Shown here piece after piece: positions 60,848 to 64,000 of a DNA stretch of 64,000 bases (within the stretch, counting starts at the first letter, position 1; each line of letters begins with the position of its first letter). The notes under the pieces are model-generated. The model saw only the letters and a list, made by a program, of their open reading frames with translations, made no database searches and had not been told where the DNA came from. The translations under genes and the position numbers were made by a program. The stretch comes from an uncultured Chlamydiae bacterium (GTDB taxonomy: Bacteria; Chlamydiota; Chlamydiia; Chlamydiales; JAJFMA01): NCBI GenBank assembly GCA_963713615.1, contig CAVQMM010000001.1, forward strand, positions 3,232,001 through 3,296,000, read 5' to 3'.

Positions 60848-63800
60848 TTAATCGTGTACGAGCTCATGGTCCTGTAGAATGAGTGGAAAAATTTCTACAA
60901 CCGAAGGCGTCCAATCGAGCCCTTTCTTGTAGATGAGTTGTGAGGCCAGATGACAGGCAATCATAGCCTTCTTGTGGTGTTCAGGAATTTGTGACATCAA
61001 ACGATCTTCAAATTCCTGCCTAAGCAGGGGCAGACAGTAGGCCAAGAAACAACGTATTAGCGACGAGTTGTGAGTGTTTTCGAGGGGGATGGTATCGAGA
61101 TAGTCGAGCAGCTGGTACGTGTAGTAATTGATGCGCTGGGAGATGCGATCTGATGCCTCACTCAACGCCATGCCTTCTTCGCTATGAGTGCGCAGAAGGA
61201 GCTGGGCTTCATTGAGCGCTGCCACCTGAAGGCGATCTAACACCTCGGCGACTAGCTGTTCCTTATGCATGATGAATTCATCATCAGTGAGGGCTAGGCT
61301 ACACATCACTTCGTAAGATGAACAAATTACGCCTCCCTTATTTGCAGAGCTATCCTTAACAATTAGGCACCCGAGTTCTTCTAGCTGGTGCCTCGCAACG
61401 TTTGTGAGATACAGGTTTGCCCCTTCTATAATAGCCCTGGAGGTGGGTTTTCCCGTTTCATCCAGAAAGTCCTTGTAATTGACGTCGTTGAGAGTTCTTG
61501 GACGCCCACCGCAGGGGAGAAATACGTCTGCTTTGATACTGTGAACATTATGCCGAAGGAGATAGTTCATATCACTGGTCGACAACCAATCTTTGACGAG
61601 CTGCTCCTCTTTCTTTCCCCAGCAGAGTGTTTGTTGTACTAGAGCTGTCTGATCCCTCTTGGTATTCTTATCCAGTAAGAAGCCGCCTTCGTGGAGTCTT
61701 TCGGGTGGATAAAAGCGGACGGGTTTTGCTTCGAGAAATAGATCTGCCAAGATAGTGAGGTCGAGGCCTTCAGGGTCATAGATGGTACCAGAAACGTCCG
61801 TTAGAGCGAGGAGTTTGGCGGTGTTGGCATAATGACGGTGCAGGTTAAGGATCTGATTTCCCGCTACATCGCCATCGGGTCCACCGGACATTTTCACGGT
61901 AAAGTGATCCTTATCGGGGTCAATGCCTAGATATCTGAGGACTTCTGCCATGTAGACATTTACACCGCGCGAGGTCACTCCATAGTGTTTGTGATTGATG
62001 CCCACTAGGGGTTTACTGGTAATAAAAGCGTTGCCAGGGATGTAATGATATTTTTGGGCGAAGGCAGCAATCCACTCGATCATGCTGTCGCTCATGTATT
62101 CGTCAGGCCCAAGATAGATATACTCAGGACGTTGCCAATAGTCTACGATGTATTTAGCGCTGATATTTCCTAAGGCATCGGTGTTGATAAGGGTCAAGAG
62201 GCTTTCGATGAAGGAACGCTGAGTGTGTAGAAGGTATTCCTCCTTTTGGTCTCGGCGAAAGAGGGCCAGTTTATTGTTGATATCGCTTTCGGAGACTTTA
62301 GCATCTTCAAGTTCATCGCTAAGGATTTTGGCTTCAGCCTCAAGCTGCTCAAAGGGTTTCAGGAAGATAACCGCTTTGGAGCCGCCTTCTGGAATATCTT
62401 TATTTTTGAGGTGCTGCGTATAGGCGAGGTTATAGCACTCTGTGAAGATATTGTTGCGCTCGAATGCCATGCGTTCTTCCTGCTCGGAATAGACAGTGCG
62501 AAGACCCCCACGCGATAGATCCTTGAAGCGAATATGGAAAGCAAAGTAGTGCAGGCCTCGCATGAAGAAAATGGCATAGGGCAGTTCGGGAAATTTGTTT
62601 TTTCTATCGAATGGGATTTCATCTAAATAGCGTGGATCTAAGCGAAAGCTAATTGCTGTATAGTTGCGGCGAAAGAAATTTGTCTTGAGAGTATAGTGGA
62701 TGAAGTTTACTGCCTGGATGAGTACGTTTCTTCGTCTGACATCGTTTTCTTCCTGGCCTGTGTCCAGCTTCATCATAAGCCCTAGAAGCTCTTGATGTAG
62801 GTTTTCGTATTTTTCAAGATCTAGAGCGTCAGGATCGAATTTATATGTAAAGAGGTCACAAATCTGCGCGGTTAGCTCAGGATGTCGACAGAGTGCCTCT
62901 TCAATGTTCTCAATACGGTAAAGATTGATGTCGATGTGCACGAGGGCTTGGTGAACGAAGTTGACCATGGCGCGTACCAAGTTACCCATGGTTCCTCTTA
63001 GAATACCTTTACTGACTAGACATCTATCGATTTCATCAAAATCATCGAAATATTTGATCGTTACGAGTTCTCGGAGGAAGTCGACGATATCGGCAACATC
63101 CCAGGCTGCTCTTCCATCGCTGCCATGTAGGCTGAGGACCATGACAAGTATACTGTGTTTGCTGAATGGGTCGATGTAGGTGGCGTTGACACGTTTCATA
63201 ATCAGCCCATGGCGATAAACCATGCGGGCAATACGGTATAGGAAGTTCTTCCTGGGAGTGTTGTGCCACGCTAAAATGACCTGCATGGAGGCATGGCCTG
63301 TACGTGCCCAATCTTCCTCATAACGCACCTCATATTGACAGTTGTCGCGTGAACGAGCTCGAAATAACATCTCAAAGGCTAATACGAGGCGATCTTTCGC
63401 CAAGGTGCGCATGAAATGGACATCCATACGTGCCATCGTGGCATCGAATTCGCTGTCTGTGATCTCTGGAGTTTGCTCTCGAACAAGTGCGCGCAGTTCT
63501 TCTAAAGAGGCTTTTGGAAACCCCTCTTCATGCGTCTCGTCGTATTGTGTAAAGAGGATCAAACCCACCCGCAAATGCTTGTTTATACCCGGAATTGGTA
63601 GGGGTGAGAGGGAGACATACACACGGTAGCTCTTGATGCCGTAATTGGCGCATGTCTGCAAAATACGCGGGTCGGCATCGGCACTATCCAGGCACAGGAC
63701 GATAGCCCCGCGCTTAATTTTGATCGTGGAGAAGTAATCTTGTAAGTGAAAACCCATTAGGTTGTGGGCGATAAGCATCATATGCTCTTGGCCCACCTCA

Positions 63801-63928
63801 GAGAGAAAAGCCTCGGGCATTTCGTGTTCTAGCCAGAGGTAATGCTGCTGAAATTTATGTCCTTCATCTTGAATGGCTGCCATCAGCCGTTGCTGTGAGG
63901 AAAGTCTCTCGTCGCGTGTTTGCATCAT
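60848..63928 (-). CDS. NAD-specific glutamate dehydrogenase (large type)
   Basis: SRGGLR, KNKDIPEGGSK, GPDE, GGPDGDVAGN, EGANLY, DSSANKGGV. Confidence 0.92.
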   Translation of the reverse strand: MMQTRDERLSSQQRLMAAIQDEGHKFQQHYLWLEHEMPEAFLSEVGQEHMMLIAHNLMGFHLQDYFSTIKIKRGAIVLCLDSADADPRILQTCANYGIKSYRVYVSLSPLPIPGINKHLRVGLILFTQYDETHEEGFPKASLEELRALVREQTPEITDSEFDATMARMDVHFMRTLAKDRLVLAFEMLFRARSRDNCQYEVRYEEDWARTGHASMQVILAWHNTPRKNFLYRIARMVYRHGLIMKRVNATYIDPFSKHSILVMVLSLHGSDGRAAWDVADIVDFLRELVTIKYFDDFDEIDRCLVSKGILRGTMGNLVRAMVNFVHQALVHIDINLYRIENIEEALCRHPELTAQICDLFTYKFDPDALDLEKYENLHQELLGLMMKLDTGQEENDVRRRNVLIQAVNFIHYTLKTNFFRRNYTAISFRLDPRYLDEIPFDRKNKFPELPYAIFFMRGLHYFAFHIRFKDLSRGGLRTVYSEQEERMAFERNNIFTECYNLAYTQHLKNKDIPEGGSKAVIFLKPFEQLEAEAKILSDELEDAKVSESDINNKLALFRRDQKEEYLLHTQRSFIESLLTLINTDALGNISAKYIVDYWQRPEYIYLGPDEYMSDSMIEWIAAFAQKYHYIPGNAFITSKPLVGINHKHYGVTSRGVNVYMAEVLRYLGIDPDKDHFTVKMSGGPDGDVAGNQILNLHRHYANTAKLLALTDVSGTIYDPEGLDLTILADLFLEAKPVRFYPPERLHEGGFLLDKNTKRDQTALVQQTLCWGKKEEQLVKDWLSTSDMNYLLRHNVHSIKADVFLPCGGRPRTLNDVNYKDFLDETGKPTSRAIIEGANLYLTNVARHQLEELGCLIVKDSSANKGGVICSSYEVMCSLALTDDEFIMHKEQLVAEVLDRLQVAALNEAQLLLRTHSEEGMALSEASDRISQRINYYTYQLLDYLDTIPLENTHNSSLIRCFLAYCLPLLRQEFEDRLMSQIPEHHKKAMIACHLASQLIYKKGLDWTPSVVEIFPLILQDHELVHD

Positions 63929-64000
63929 GAGTTCTCCCTGTCCCTTCTTAATAGGGAAAAGGGGAGCGTTAACGCAATGTTTTTCTTGGTATGAGCCATT

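Overview
This is a 64-kb bacterial chromosome segment, most likely from an environmental Chlamydiota (Parachlamydiales-like) genome. The assignment is inferred from the chlamydia-type gene orders dnaB-mnmG-lplA and nrdR-dksA-lspA and from several effector-like ORFs. Housekeeping content includes sdhAB, kdsD, icd, lpxK, gmhA, cinA, an NAD-glutamate dehydrogenase, a Zn/Mn ABC transporter, two tRNA-Ser genes, a probable 6S RNA and a 29-aa bS22-like ORF missing from the ORF track. The main feature is a dense set of palindromic repeat elements. (1) A Y1/HUH TnpA gene (11391-11843) is followed by an array of 14 alternately oriented REP-like units with nested 108-109 bp subunits. (2) An IS110 element sits in the hairpin loop of one of these REPs. 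Its bridge RNA target and donor guides, TC core and circle-junction promoter can be read directly from the sequence. (3) A second, RAYT-type transposase with its own inverted REP arrays splits the metal ABC operon. (4) A nested composite of four repeat families occurs twice, and the two copies form an empty/filled pair for a 137-bp REP insert. (5) Several further inverted-repeat families have no cognate enzyme in the window. All calls were made by eye from motifs; no database searches were run.
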